IMG/VR virus record: IMGVR_UViG_2873412701_000001 | Source of the DNA: an uncultured virus (IMG/VR IMGVR_UViG_2873412701_000001) | Taxonomy: Duplodnaviria; Heunggongvirae; Uroviricota; Caudoviricetes | DNA: 64,000 nt | Strand: one strand, 5' to 3' | Translations under genes and position numbers: made by a program | In this document: positions 38,058 to 47,760 of the stretch, one piece after another | Layout: each line of letters begins with the position of its first letter | Numbering within the stretch: position 1 is the stretch's first letter | The notes under the pieces: generated by a model | Told to the model about the DNA's origin: nothing | Seen by the model: only the letters and a program-made list of their open reading frames with translations | The model's database searches: none

Positions 38058-38341
38058 GGGGTGGGCTCCTCGTCCGGGCGCACCGGGCCCGCGCTGAGGT
38101 AGCGCTCCTTGTTCGCTTCACGGATCCGGAAGCTCCAGCGGAGGCGCTGCTGCTCGCCCGCGAGGATCTCCTGTCCCTCGCGCCGCATCTTCTTTGCCAC
38201 GGACGCCTCGGCCTCGTTGAGGATCCCGTGGATGGCGAGCGTGTTGGACAGGTAGTGGACGGTGTCCTCCAGCTGCTGCACGCGCTGCTTGAGGTTGTCG
38301 ATCTGCTCCTCGGGCGTGATGGGGGCGGGCTTCTCGCTCAT
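38054..38341 (-). CDS. Small coiled-coil protein
   Basis: ATGA coupling. Confidence 0.6.
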   Translation of the reverse strand: MSEKPAPITPEEQIDNLKQRVQQLEDTVHYLSNTLAIHGILNEAEASVAKKMRREGQEILAGEQQRLRWSFRIREANKERYLSAGPVRPDEEPTP

Positions 38342-38880
38342 CCGTTCGTCTCCTCGCCGCTCACCGGGCGCTCCGGGAGGGTGATGAGGCCCTCGTCCAC
38401 GCCAGCCTGAACCCCTAGATAGGGTCGCCGCCCCGGCGGAACGGTGCCCAACGTCCGCCGCATCTTGAACGCCCACTGGATATTCCGGGTCTCGGCATCC
38501 CTGAACAGGTCCTGCGCCTCGTCGTACGACAGGGCGGCGACCTCCGGGGAGACGCCTACGTGCTCGGACGGCTCGGGGGCCGGGTCGTCGGGAAGCGTCT
38601 CGGTGACCCGCTGCCGAGGCGCAGCGGCGGCGGGGCTCGGCTCCTTGGCGGTGCTCAGCTCCTCGACCCTCCGGCGCAGCGCCTCCATCTCTGCCTTCTC
38701 CTTCAGGCGTCGCAGGTGCTCGCGGCTCCATCCGGTGACGCGTGCGACGTCGGCCTGCTTCACACCATCCTGCTGGAGGAGCGCGACGGCGGTCCCCTGC
38801 ATCTCGGTGCGGACAAGGTCGAGCGCGTCGGTGGCCTTCTTGTAGCGGTGGGCTACGTCTTCGAGGTCCTTCATGTCCAT
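38338..38880 (-). CDS. HTH regulator
   Basis: GVKQADVARVTGWSREHLRRL. Confidence 0.8.
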   Translation of the reverse strand: MDMKDLEDVAHRYKKATDALDLVRTEMQGTAVALLQQDGVKQADVARVTGWSREHLRRLKEKAEMEALRRRVEELSTAKEPSPAAAAPRQRVTETLPDDPAPEPSEHVGVSPEVAALSYDEAQDLFRDAETRNIQWAFKMRRTLGTVPPGRRPYLGVQAGVDEGLITLPERPVSGEETNG

Positions 38881-38899
38881 GGGGCCATGGTGTCACATG

Positions 38900-38976
38900 G
38901 CCTATGTGCGTTCTAGTGGCCAACGCAACCCATACATGCCAACTGTGTTGCCATAGGCCAACAGGGGTGGCATGAT
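38900..38976 (+). promoter_or_regulatory. GCCAAC repeats at 19-bp period overlapping a TTGCCA-N17-CATGAT promoter
   Basis: GCCAAC at 38919, 38938, 38957 (GCCTAT at 38900). Confidence 0.65.
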
Positions 38977-39008
38977 GGAGTCATCGCACCGCACCAAGGG
39001 GGATCACG

Positions 39009-39392
39009 ATGACCGCCGCCACCCGCACCCGCCGCAACACCCTCCGCACCGCCATCCACACCAGCCGCGCCCTCGGCTACCGCACCCTCTCCGGCATCAT
39101 CGCCGCCCACGTCGAAGCCGGCCGCCTCATCCGCACCGGCGACTTCCTCGACCGGGTCGGCGGCGGCGACCTGAAGGACGGCCAGAAGGCCTGGTTCGGC
39201 CGGCACGTCGCCAAGGCGTACCGGGCGCAGCACGGCGGCGACACCGTCCGCGTCTGGACGCAGCACCGGACGACCGGCAAGTGGATCCACGTCTACGCCT
39301 ACGGGGTCGTCGACGACGCCCTGTACACCGGCCTCTTCAGCTACAAGGGCACCCAGCACCTCCTCGCCGACACGTACGCGGAGGCGGCCTGA
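39009..39392 (+). CDS. Hypothetical phage protein
   Basis: RBS, high GC3. Confidence 0.7.
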   Translation: MTAATRTRRNTLRTAIHTSRALGYRTLSGIIAAHVEAGRLIRTGDFLDRVGGGDLKDGQKAWFGRHVAKAYRAQHGGDTVRVWTQHRTTGKWIHVYAYGVVDDALYTGLFSYKGTQHLLADTYAEAA

Positions 39393-39429
39393 GACCAACT
39401 CCACGGCGCAGCAGACGACCCAGACCAGC

Positions 39430-39777
39430 GTGCCCGACTTCTGCGGAACCTGCGGTGAGACGTTCACCGAACGCTCCGCCCTCGACACCCACCAGTTGGA
39501 GACCGGGCACGAGATGGACCAGCCCGACCACCCGCTACGCCAGGAGCCCGTCATGCCCGTCCCCGCGTTCACGCCCTGCCCCGGCGGCTTCGTCACCGCC
39601 ACCCCGCTCCCCGACGGCCGCACCCTCATCGAGGGCTGGATCCTCAACCTCAACCCCTACGACAGCGACAAGCCCCGCACCGACCCCGCCTGCCACTGGA
39701 TCGCCGACAGCGAGAAGGAGGCCGCCGACACGATCGCCGAGTTCACCAACGACCTCGCCGCCCCGATCACCGCCTGA
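39430..39777 (+). CDS. Hypothetical protein (start uncertain)
   Basis: C2H2-like N-terminus, or a downstream AGGAG-ATG start. Confidence 0.5.
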   Translation: MPDFCGTCGETFTERSALDTHQLETGHEMDQPDHPLRQEPVMPVPAFTPCPGGFVTATPLPDGRTLIEGWILNLNPYDSDKPRTDPACHWIADSEKEAADTIAEFTNDLAAPITA

Positions 39778-40126
39778 GGAGGCCCACCGTGACCCGCACC
39801 GAGAACCTCGCCACCCTGACCACCAACGGCCTCCACGACGAACGCGAAGCCTGCCTCCTCCTCACCACCGACCACTACGCCGGCAGCACCCAGGTGATCG
39901 AGTTCCACGCCGACCTCGCCGACCGGATCAGCGACGAAATCGACCGCCGCACCAACACCTGACCATCGCCGCCCGATCGGAGTCCCGTCGACCTCGGCAT
40001 CACCCACCTCGTCTGGTCCGACCTGCCCGTCGAACTGGAAGACCGCCCGCACAACCCGATGATGCGCGGAGACTGGGGCCCCTACCGGCCCGCCACCTGA
40101 CCACCCGACACGACAGGAGCAACCGC

Positions 40127-40441
40127 ATGACCGAGCTGCCCGAGCGGCTGATGGACTGCCTGCACGCCGAAGCCCTCGCCGAGAACGAGGCACGCAGCGT
40201 GCCCTACTGCACCGGCGACCGCTGCGCCGACTGCACGGCCCCCACCGCCGACGACCCGGACGACGAGTGCTGCGAGGCCACGTGCGGGTGCTGCCCCCGC
40301 GTCGACGAGCACGGGAACTGCTGGATCGGCTCCGAGCAGGACGACGGCAGCCGGTACTGCTCGCAGCACGGCGAAGGCTGGCTCAACGACCGCACGCCCG
40401 AGGCTGAGCTGCGCTACCAGATCCTCCGCGCCAACGCCTGA
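40127..40441 (+). CDS. Acidic Cys-rich small protein
   Basis: AGGAG RBS; about 11 Cys in 104 aa. Confidence 0.7.
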   Translation: MTELPERLMDCLHAEALAENEARSVPYCTGDRCADCTAPTADDPDDECCEATCGCCPRVDEHGNCWIGSEQDDGSRYCSQHGEGWLNDRTPEAELRYQILRANA

Positions 40442-40524
40442 CCTGCCGCACGCCAGAGGGCCCGTCTGGGATTTCGGCGGGCCCTCAACCCCGACCATCC
40501 AACCCGCACCCCGCGAGGTCCCCC

Positions 40525-40887
40525 GTGACCATCCACATCGGCAACGCCGAAAACTTCACCCCCACCCGAGGCTGGTTCGTCGGCGGATTCCTCGACGACA
40601 CCCACGGCCCCCTCAAAACCGAAGACCTCGAACTGAAATGGAGCCGCCACCCCGCAGGCGACCACCGACACGAACTCTCCGAAGCCGCCGACACGGCCAG
40701 CATCACCATCCTCATCTCCGGCCGCTTCCGCCTCGACTTCCCCGGCCAGGACCCCGACACCGTCACGCTTCAGCAGCAGGGCGACTTTACGTACTTCGGC
40801 CCCGGCACCCCGCATGCTTGGCAAGCCGAGGCCGAGTCGGTGATCCTGACCGTGCGCTGGCACCCACGCATTCACGCCAGCACCTGA
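40525..40887 (+). CDS. Cupin-domain protein
   Basis: ILISGRF...GDF.YFGPG.PH.W. Confidence 0.75.
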   Translation: MTIHIGNAENFTPTRGWFVGGFLDDTHGPLKTEDLELKWSRHPAGDHRHELSEAADTASITILISGRFRLDFPGQDPDTVTLQQQGDFTYFGPGTPHAWQAEAESVILTVRWHPRIHAST

Positions 40888-40903
40888 ACGCAAGGAGGGG
40901 CCC

Positions 40904-41140
40904 ATGCCCGACAGAATCGCCCCCCTCCACCAGCAGGGCACCCACCACTGGCTCCTCACCCTCGACCAGGTCGGCTCCCGCTCCGGGACCTGCACCCCCG
41001 ACCCCGGCGAAACCCGCTACGACCTGTACCTCCGTATCCGGGCCGAAGTCCTCGACGCCGAAGGGTTCGCCGACGGCCCGGTCCCGGTGACCCTCAACTT
41101 TGACGTCCAGCCCAACCTCCTGAACGGAACAGCCGCATGA
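40904..41140 (+). CDS. Hypothetical protein
   Basis: AAGGAGG RBS. Confidence 0.65.
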   Translation: MPDRIAPLHQQGTHHWLLTLDQVGSRSGTCTPDPGETRYDLYLRIRAEVLDAEGFADGPVPVTLNFDVQPNLLNGTAA

Positions 41141-41486
41141 AACTCATCGCGCACATCGCCTCGGAGACCTGGCGGGTCATCCGCTACCTGGCAACAGGCC
41201 ACACGAACAGCCGCCGCGACCGTCAGGCGCTCGCCAGCTACTGGCGCTACCAGGCCACAGAGCGAGCGGCAGAGACGCGGAGCCCGCGAACATGATCCTT
41301 GCCGTCGTGAGTCTGATCGTTTCTGTCGCCGTCCTGCTCCTCGTCCTGGACACCCGGCGGAAGATGCTTCACCTGCTCAAACAGCGCGACAAGCAACAGG
41401 GCGCCTAAGTCTCCATTCGGTCACGGGGCCACGCGCGCCGCCCCGGGCACGGCACGCTGAGCACCCGCACACACCAGGGAGCTGCC

Positions 41487-41819
41487 GTGCCGTCATCCGC
41501 CAGACGCCCCATGTACCCCCGCCCCTGGCAACGCTGGGCCTGGGCCGCCGTACCAGCCGTCAGTGCCACCGCGTTGACGTTCGTCCCATTCATCGTCGCC
41601 TGGCGCCGGCACGTCGTCGGCTGGCGCACCCTCGCCGTGTACACGGCGCTGAGCGGCATCACGATCGCGGGCGCGGTCGCCGAAGTCGACGTCCATCAGT
41701 GGGGCACCTTCTGGCGGGAGGTCATCCGCTACACGACGTGGGCGTACCTGATCACCGGGGTCGTCCACGTCGCCCTCCTCGACTGGCCGCACAGGAAGCC
41801 TGCCGCCGCCAAGGGGTAG
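41487..41819 (+). CDS. Membrane protein
   Basis: Three hydrophobic segments. Confidence 0.65.
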   Translation: MPSSARRPMYPRPWQRWAWAAVPAVSATALTFVPFIVAWRRHVVGWRTLAVYTALSGITIAGAVAEVDVHQWGTFWREVIRYTTWAYLITGVVHVALLDWPHRKPAAAKG

Positions 41820-41947
41820 CCGCCATCTCTCGTGACGTCTGCGGCCTCGACTCGACAGTCGGGGCCGCTTTGCGCACCATGCCCTACGATTCGAAGGTAA
41901 GAGCGGACATGTTCCGACGAATCAACGGACGACGAGGAGCGTGAAGG

Positions 41948-42565
41948 ATGGCCGGAGGACCAGGAGGACCAGCCCCCTACCGCAAAAACAACCGCGCCGA
42001 ACGCGCCGAACTCGCCGAACTCGTCTTCGACCTCAAACTCCGGGGCCTCTCCTTCCGCGCCATCGAAGAAGCCACCCAAGACCCCAACGGCCCCACCGGC
42101 GGCAAACGCGTCCCCGCCGGCACCGCCCGCGACCTCGTCCGCGACGAAGCAGCCCGCCGCGTCGACCCCAAAGTCGACGCCTGGCGTGCCATCGTCGTCG
42201 AACGCCTCGAAGCGGCTCACGCCCGCCTCGACCGCATGGAAGCCGCCGCCCACAAGGTGCTGGAACGGCATCACATCACCGTCAACAACGGCCGCATCAT
42301 CACGCTCGACGACGGTGAACCCCTCCTCGACGACGGCCCGGTCCTCGCCGCCATCGACCGCCTCGCGAAGATCGAAGACGCGCGCCTCAAAAACAACGAG
42401 AGCCTGCGCCGACTCTTCGGACTCGACATGCCCGTCAAGGTCGACGCCACCGTCACCGAAGTCACCCAGCAGGACCTCGAACTTCAGGAGATGCTCCGCG
42501 AAGCCAAGGCCCACGTTGCCGCGCAGGAGGAGGAACTCCGCGAAGGCGCCGGCGGCGAGGCCTGA
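41948..42565 (+). CDS. Putative terminase small subunit
   Basis: N-terminal HTH, GLDMPVKVD; directly before TerL. Confidence 0.75.
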   Translation: MAGGPGGPAPYRKNNRAERAELAELVFDLKLRGLSFRAIEEATQDPNGPTGGKRVPAGTARDLVRDEAARRVDPKVDAWRAIVVERLEAAHARLDRMEAAAHKVLERHHITVNNGRIITLDDGEPLLDDGPVLAAIDRLAKIEDARLKNNESLRRLFGLDMPVKVDATVTEVTQQDLELQEMLREAKAHVAAQEEELREGAGGEA

Positions 42566-42567
42566 CC

Positions 42568-44118
42568 GTGACCGCGGCCGTCGCAACCGCCGGCTACCTC
42601 GACGGGCTGGACGCCGAGACGTTCAACCTCCACGCGTACCTCGCCCAGTTCAACCCTGATCTCCTCGCCGACCCCGAAGGGCGCCGCACTCTCACCCGCC
42701 TCGACCCGCTGCTGTTCGCTCTCACCTATCTCCGCCACCACCTGAAGGACACCGCAGGCCGCATCTCCTTCGGGGACGCTCATCTCGACTGGTGCCGCGC
42801 CGGCCGACGCTGGGTTCGTCCCCCGTCAGAGCCGGCCGCCGAGCGGGACGCGTACATCGCGCCCCGGAACACCGGCAAGAGCACCTGGTGGTTCCTGCTC
42901 CTGCCGATGTGGGCTGCCGCCCACGGTCACGTCCGGTTCGCTGCCGCGTTCGCCGCGTCCGCCACCCAGGCCGAAACCCACCTGGCCACCTTCAAGCGGG
43001 AGATCGACAACAACGCGCTCCTGCGCCGCGACTACCCGGACCTGTGCTCCCCGGCGAAACGGCCGTCCGGCGCGAACGTCGCCGACACGCAGAACATGTA
43101 CGTCGCCAAGTCCGGATTCGTGTTCGCGGCCCGCGGTATCGACAGCTCCAGCCTCGGCATGAAGGTGGAGGAGAAGCGGCCCGACCTGCTGCTGTGCGAC
43201 GACATTGAGCCGGACGAGTCGTCGTACTCGGCGGAGCTGGCGCGGAAGCGGCGTACCACGCTGGTCGATGCGATCTTCCCGTTGAACGTGTACGCCCGCG
43301 TCGTGATCTGCGGGACCGTCACCATGCCGGGCAGCATCATCCACCAGCTGGTCCGGGCCGCGAAGGGCGTCCAGGCCGAGGAGTGGGTTCGGGAGGAGGG
43401 CATCCGGGCGCACCACAGCCTGCCGATCGTGCAGCGCCCGGACGGCACCGAGCGGTCGATGTGGCCGGCGAAGTGGCCGATGACCTATCTGGCGGAGACT
43501 CGGCACACGAGGTCGTACGCGAAGAACATGGCGAACGATCCGCTTGCCGCGGACGGGGCGCTGTGGACGCCGGAGGACTTCCGCTACCCGGGCGAGGACG
43601 GCCCGGACCCTGCGACGCACATGATGCTCAGCATCGATCCCGCGGTCACCGCGAAGAAGTCCAGTGACTTCACCGGGCTGGCGGTGGTGTCGTGGTCGGT
43701 GCAGCGGCAGCGGTGCACGGTGCATGCGGCGTGGGCGGTGAAGCTGACGCCGGGGCCGCTGCTGCGGGATCGGGTGCTGGCGATCCTGGACGAGTTTCCG
43801 CAGATCGGGCTGATCTTGCTGGAGGTGAACCAGGGGCACGACACGTGGCTGTCGGTGCTGCATCACATGCCGGTGAAGGTGAAGCCGGTGTCGCAGTCGG
43901 AGCCGAAGTTCGCGCGGGCCGAGGGCGTGTTGAACCACTACCAGCGGGGTCGGGTGCTGCATGCGCGGAAGTTGCCGGAGCTGGAGCAGCAGATGTGCAC
44001 GTTCCCGAAGGGCCCGAACGACGACATGGTCGACGCGGTGGGCAGCGCCGTGCGGCGGTTCATTCCGGCGGCGAAGAAGCAGGAGCCGCCGAGCGCGAGG
44101 CGAGCCAGCTACGTCTAG
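42568..44118 (+). CDS. Terminase large subunit
   Basis: APRNTGKST, RPDLLLCDD, IDPA...SDFT, E.NQG, FP.GPNDD.VDA. Confidence 0.92.
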   Translation: MTAAVATAGYLDGLDAETFNLHAYLAQFNPDLLADPEGRRTLTRLDPLLFALTYLRHHLKDTAGRISFGDAHLDWCRAGRRWVRPPSEPAAERDAYIAPRNTGKSTWWFLLLPMWAAAHGHVRFAAAFAASATQAETHLATFKREIDNNALLRRDYPDLCSPAKRPSGANVADTQNMYVAKSGFVFAARGIDSSSLGMKVEEKRPDLLLCDDIEPDESSYSAELARKRRTTLVDAIFPLNVYARVVICGTVTMPGSIIHQLVRAAKGVQAEEWVREEGIRAHHSLPIVQRPDGTERSMWPAKWPMTYLAETRHTRSYAKNMANDPLAADGALWTPEDFRYPGEDGPDPATHMMLSIDPAVTAKKSSDFTGLAVVSWSVQRQRCTVHAAWAVKLTPGPLLRDRVLAILDEFPQIGLILLEVNQGHDTWLSVLHHMPVKVKPVSQSEPKFARAEGVLNHYQRGRVLHARKLPELEQQMCTFPKGPNDDMVDAVGSAVRRFIPAAKKQEPPSARRASYV

Positions 44119-44215
44119 CCTGCGATTCGTTTGCGGCAATCGACTCGCTGCGCATCTACCGGCATTCGATGGGGGCGTTATCCTTCGATTCAAAGGTCAC
44201 GTCTAGGAGGTCGCA

Positions 44216-45760
44216 TTGGAAGACGAGCCGAGCGTCGACCCCCGCGCCGACCTCATGTCCGGCATCGCCGAACTGGACGACGCCCGCCCCGGCTACAACC
44301 AGGCGCAGACCTACTACGACGGCAAGGTCCCCGAGGTCTTCACCTCCGCCCGCCTACGCCGCGCGCTCGCCGTCCACAACATCGACTTCGACCTGAACTT
44401 CGCCAAGACGCCCGTCAACGCCGTCACCAACCGGTTGAAGATCGCCTCGATCACCAGCCCCGACGAGACGACGAACACCCTCATCTCCAAGATTTGGCAG
44501 GACAACCAGCTCAACCTGGAGATGAAGAACCTGTTCCGCCGGGCCGGAGAATACGGCGACGCCTACCTCATGGTGCTGCCCGTCGAAGACACCAAGGGCA
44601 ACGTCATCCGCGTCGAGATGTTCTACAACTCGCCGCAGACCGTGCGGGTGATCTACGACGAGGAGAACCCGCGGCGGAAAAAGTTCACGATCAAACGGTG
44701 GTGCGACGGGCCGTACCTGCGGGCCGAGTTGTACTACGACGACCGCACCGAACGGTGGACCACCGCGAAGGGCTCCACCGGCGAGAGGCCCAACGACTGG
44801 ATGCCCTGGCCGGCCGACCCCGACGACTCCGAGTCGTGGGTGATCGACCACGACTGGGGTGAGCAGCCCGTCTTCCACTTCCGCACCGACCGCCCTTACG
44901 GGGTGCCGGAACACTTCGGCGCCTACGGCCCGCAGAACGCCATCACCAAGCTCCAAGCCACCCACATGGGCACGGTCGACTACCAGGGCGCACCCCAGCG
45001 CTACGCACTCACCGAAACCGCCACCACCGACACCTCCGACCTGGAGCCCGGCGACTTCGATGACGACGACTGGCCACCCAACGACGCGGGCGCGGGGCCC
45101 AGCGACTCCGGCGACGACAGCAGCCTGAAGGCCGGCCCTGGCGAGATGTGGCTGCTTCGCGGCTACAAGTCCGTCGGCCAGTTCGACGCCGCGGACCCGG
45201 ACGTGTTCCTTGACCCGATCACTTTCAACGTGAAGGCGATGGCGCAGATCACGGAAACCCCGCTGCGCATGTTCGACCCCCAGTCCTCCAGCCAGCGGTC
45301 TGGTGTCTCCTTCCAGGAGGAGGACTCCCCGTTCATCAGCAAGATCGAGGACCGGCAGACCGCCTACGGGGCCGAGACGCACGCGGCGTTCGTGTTCGCG
45401 CTGCGCCGCCTCGGCATCCCCGATCCGGTCGTCACCGTCGACTGGGTTCCCGCCCGGTCCGTCACCGACGCGCAGGGCTGGCAGACCGTCAAGGCGAAGA
45501 TCGACGCCGGGGTCCCGCGCAGGCAGGCCCTGATGGAAGCCGGGTACCGGGCCGAGCAGGTAGATGCGTGGCTCGCCAAGGTCGACGACGCCGAGCTTCA
45601 GCGCCGCGTCGAGATCCTCGCGCGCCTGGCCGACTCCGCGCAGAAGCTCGGCGCGGCCGCGACCCTCGGCGTCATCTCTGACGACCAGGCCAAGGCGCTT
45701 CTTGCCGGGGCCCTGTCGGATCTCGAAGTCCTCGCTGGCGCGCAGGAGGAGGGCGGCTGA
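44216..45760 (+). CDS. Portal protein (SPP1 gp6-like)
   Basis: YYDG, N.....V.A...RL, YGDAY; position after TerL. Confidence 0.88.
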   Translation: MEDEPSVDPRADLMSGIAELDDARPGYNQAQTYYDGKVPEVFTSARLRRALAVHNIDFDLNFAKTPVNAVTNRLKIASITSPDETTNTLISKIWQDNQLNLEMKNLFRRAGEYGDAYLMVLPVEDTKGNVIRVEMFYNSPQTVRVIYDEENPRRKKFTIKRWCDGPYLRAELYYDDRTERWTTAKGSTGERPNDWMPWPADPDDSESWVIDHDWGEQPVFHFRTDRPYGVPEHFGAYGPQNAITKLQATHMGTVDYQGAPQRYALTETATTDTSDLEPGDFDDDDWPPNDAGAGPSDSGDDSSLKAGPGEMWLLRGYKSVGQFDAADPDVFLDPITFNVKAMAQITETPLRMFDPQSSSQRSGVSFQEEDSPFISKIEDRQTAYGAETHAAFVFALRRLGIPDPVVTVDWVPARSVTDAQGWQTVKAKIDAGVPRRQALMEAGYRAEQVDAWLAKVDDAELQRRVEILARLADSAQKLGAAATLGVISDDQAKALLAGALSDLEVLAGAQEEGG

Positions 45761-46776
45761 TGGCGTATCGCAGCGACCGCCTGGCCCGCCTCGTCCAAGG
45801 CCAGCACACGAGCCAAGTCACCGACATCGAAGACCAGATCGCCGACAGCGTGATCGGTGACGGCGACAGCGCGTTCGAGGACCTGATCCGGCGGACCCTC
45901 GCAGCCTGGGTGAAGGCATTCGGCAGCTCCGACCAGGATGCGCTGTCGGGCGAGACACTCCGCCGGATCATCGCCGCCGCCCGCTCCGCCGTCCGACGTC
46001 TCCTCGGCGAGGTCGCCGGCCGCGGCCCCACCGCGCTGTGGAGCGCCCTCGCCGGGGCGTTGGCGCTGGGGGTCGAGCAGGGGACGGCGTTCGTACGAGC
46101 CGCATCCGGAAACAGCCTGCCCGCGCCTGCCGTGCCGCGCGCCGCCCGGGTGCTGCGGGACGAGGCGCTGCGTATCCGTGAGTTGGTGGAGCAGCGCCGC
46201 GACCGCGCCCTGTTTTTGCTGCATCCGGATCGGGTGAACCGCTGGTCGCATCTGCTGGCCGGCCTCGGCGCCGCCCGCGCCGCACTGCCCGCAGTCCGGG
46301 CTCACGTGGCGTGGGTCATCAACACCGCGGTCTCGCAGGGCTGGGATGCGGTCGCCCGCGCGACGGCCCCGCAACGGCTGTGGGTGTCGGAGGCGGATGC
46401 TTGCGTCCGCTGCCTGGCCTACACCGGCCGGGTCGTGGCCGTCGACGAGCCGTTCCCGGGCGGTCTGTCCTGGGACCCCCGGCAGCGCCGCACCACAGTG
46501 GCCGCTGTCGAAGGGCCGCCGCTGCACGCGAACTGCCGATGCCGGGCCGTCCCATGGAACGACGCGTGGACCACCAGCGGGATCCCGTTCCCGCTCGCCC
46601 TGCGCCGTGAGGCGCACCGGTCGATCGCCTACGGCCGGGCCCGCCCATCGGAGTCCCGCACGGCCCGGATCCGCGCGGCCCGGGAACTCCTGCGCGCCGA
46701 GCCCGGCCTGCTGCCCGCCGTGGAGGCACGCGCCCGAACCGCTGTACGCGAGGGCCGCTTCGCCCCCGCCGCATAA
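45760..46776 (+). CDS. MuF-like minor capsid protein
   Basis: AC..C....G...PPLH.NCRC. Confidence 0.85.
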   Translation: MAYRSDRLARLVQGQHTSQVTDIEDQIADSVIGDGDSAFEDLIRRTLAAWVKAFGSSDQDALSGETLRRIIAAARSAVRRLLGEVAGRGPTALWSALAGALALGVEQGTAFVRAASGNSLPAPAVPRAARVLRDEALRIRELVEQRRDRALFLLHPDRVNRWSHLLAGLGAARAALPAVRAHVAWVINTAVSQGWDAVARATAPQRLWVSEADACVRCLAYTGRVVAVDEPFPGGLSWDPRQRRTTVAAVEGPPLHANCRCRAVPWNDAWTTSGIPFPLALRREAHRSIAYGRARPSESRTARIRAARELLRAEPGLLPAVEARARTAVREGRFAPAA

Positions 46777-46831
46777 ACCCCCGGCGCCCGCGACGGGCCG
46801 CCGCCAACCACCCCCGCGATGGGAGAACATC

Positions 46832-47623
46832 ATGGGCATCCACCCCGACACCACCGACCCGCTGCCCGGCATCAGCGTGCCGCCCGGCACCATCCTCGGC
46901 TACCGCGCCGACGGCCGGCCGATCCACGTCATCGCCGGCGCCGCCGAGACCGACGACGAGCCCGACATCGAAGTCGAGCCCGATGACGACCCGGAGCCCG
47001 AGCCGGAGGCCGACCCTGAGCCGGAGCCGGACGACAAGCCGAAGCCCAAGCCGCCCGCCAAGAAGGACGACCCGAAGCCCGGCGACGACGACTACGAGCC
47101 GCCTTCCAAGACGGAATGGGCGCGCACCCAGGCCGCGCTGAAGAAGGCCAACGACGACGCCAAGCGGCACCGGCTCCGCAACAAGGAGCTGGAGGACAAG
47201 GCGCGCGGCGACGAGTCCGACCACGAGAAGGCGCTGCGGGAGGCGCGCGAGGAAGGTGAGCGGAAGTACCGCGCCCCGCTGGTGCAGACCGCGGCCAGGT
47301 CCGCGCTCGTTGAGGCTGGGGCGCTGGCGTTCCTCTCCGATGAGAAGGAACCGGAGTCACAGGCTGCCCGCGAGAAAGGCGAGTCGCGCCTGAAGCGGCT
47401 GTTGAAGCTGGTCGACACGGACGCCCTCGACATCGACGACGACGGGTCGGTGTCGGGTCTGGACGCTGCGGTCGATGAGTTGCGCAGGGACTATCCGGAG
47501 CTGTTCTCGGCGCCAGCCCGGAAGCCGAAGGCCCGGCCGACGGGCGCGCCCCGGCCTGCCGCGGTGGAGAAGCCGAAGAGTACGGCGGAGATCCATGCGA
47601 ACCGGATCCTCGGAAAGGCTTGA
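46832..47623 (+). CDS. Scaffolding protein
   Basis: Acidic/Pro-rich region, coiled coil, YPELF; precedes the capsid gene. Confidence 0.8.
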   Translation: MGIHPDTTDPLPGISVPPGTILGYRADGRPIHVIAGAAETDDEPDIEVEPDDDPEPEPEADPEPEPDDKPKPKPPAKKDDPKPGDDDYEPPSKTEWARTQAALKKANDDAKRHRLRNKELEDKARGDESDHEKALREAREEGERKYRAPLVQTAARSALVEAGALAFLSDEKEPESQAAREKGESRLKRLLKLVDTDALDIDDDGSVSGLDAAVDELRRDYPELFSAPARKPKARPTGAPRPAAVEKPKSTAEIHANRILGKA

Positions 47624-47760
47624 CGCCAACAGGTATATTCATCACCAGGTGAATTGCTCCGGTGATCGGAGTAGGCCGCCGCCCTTGCTTGCGAAGGCGC
47701 CCGTGATGGGGCCCGAGCCCCAACTCGTATCCCCATCACGCCGCCCGCAGGAGGGCCATC

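Noticed and set aside
1750..40447. Recurring GCAGGTCA/TGACCTGC near the cos-like, ori-like and structured regions
   Set aside because: A few copies are expected by chance, and CAG-GTC codon pairs are common; cannot be supported without statistics
46970..47100. GAGCCG/GACGAC repeats in the scaffold gene
   Set aside because: Explained by the low-complexity EP/DD peptide in a single frame
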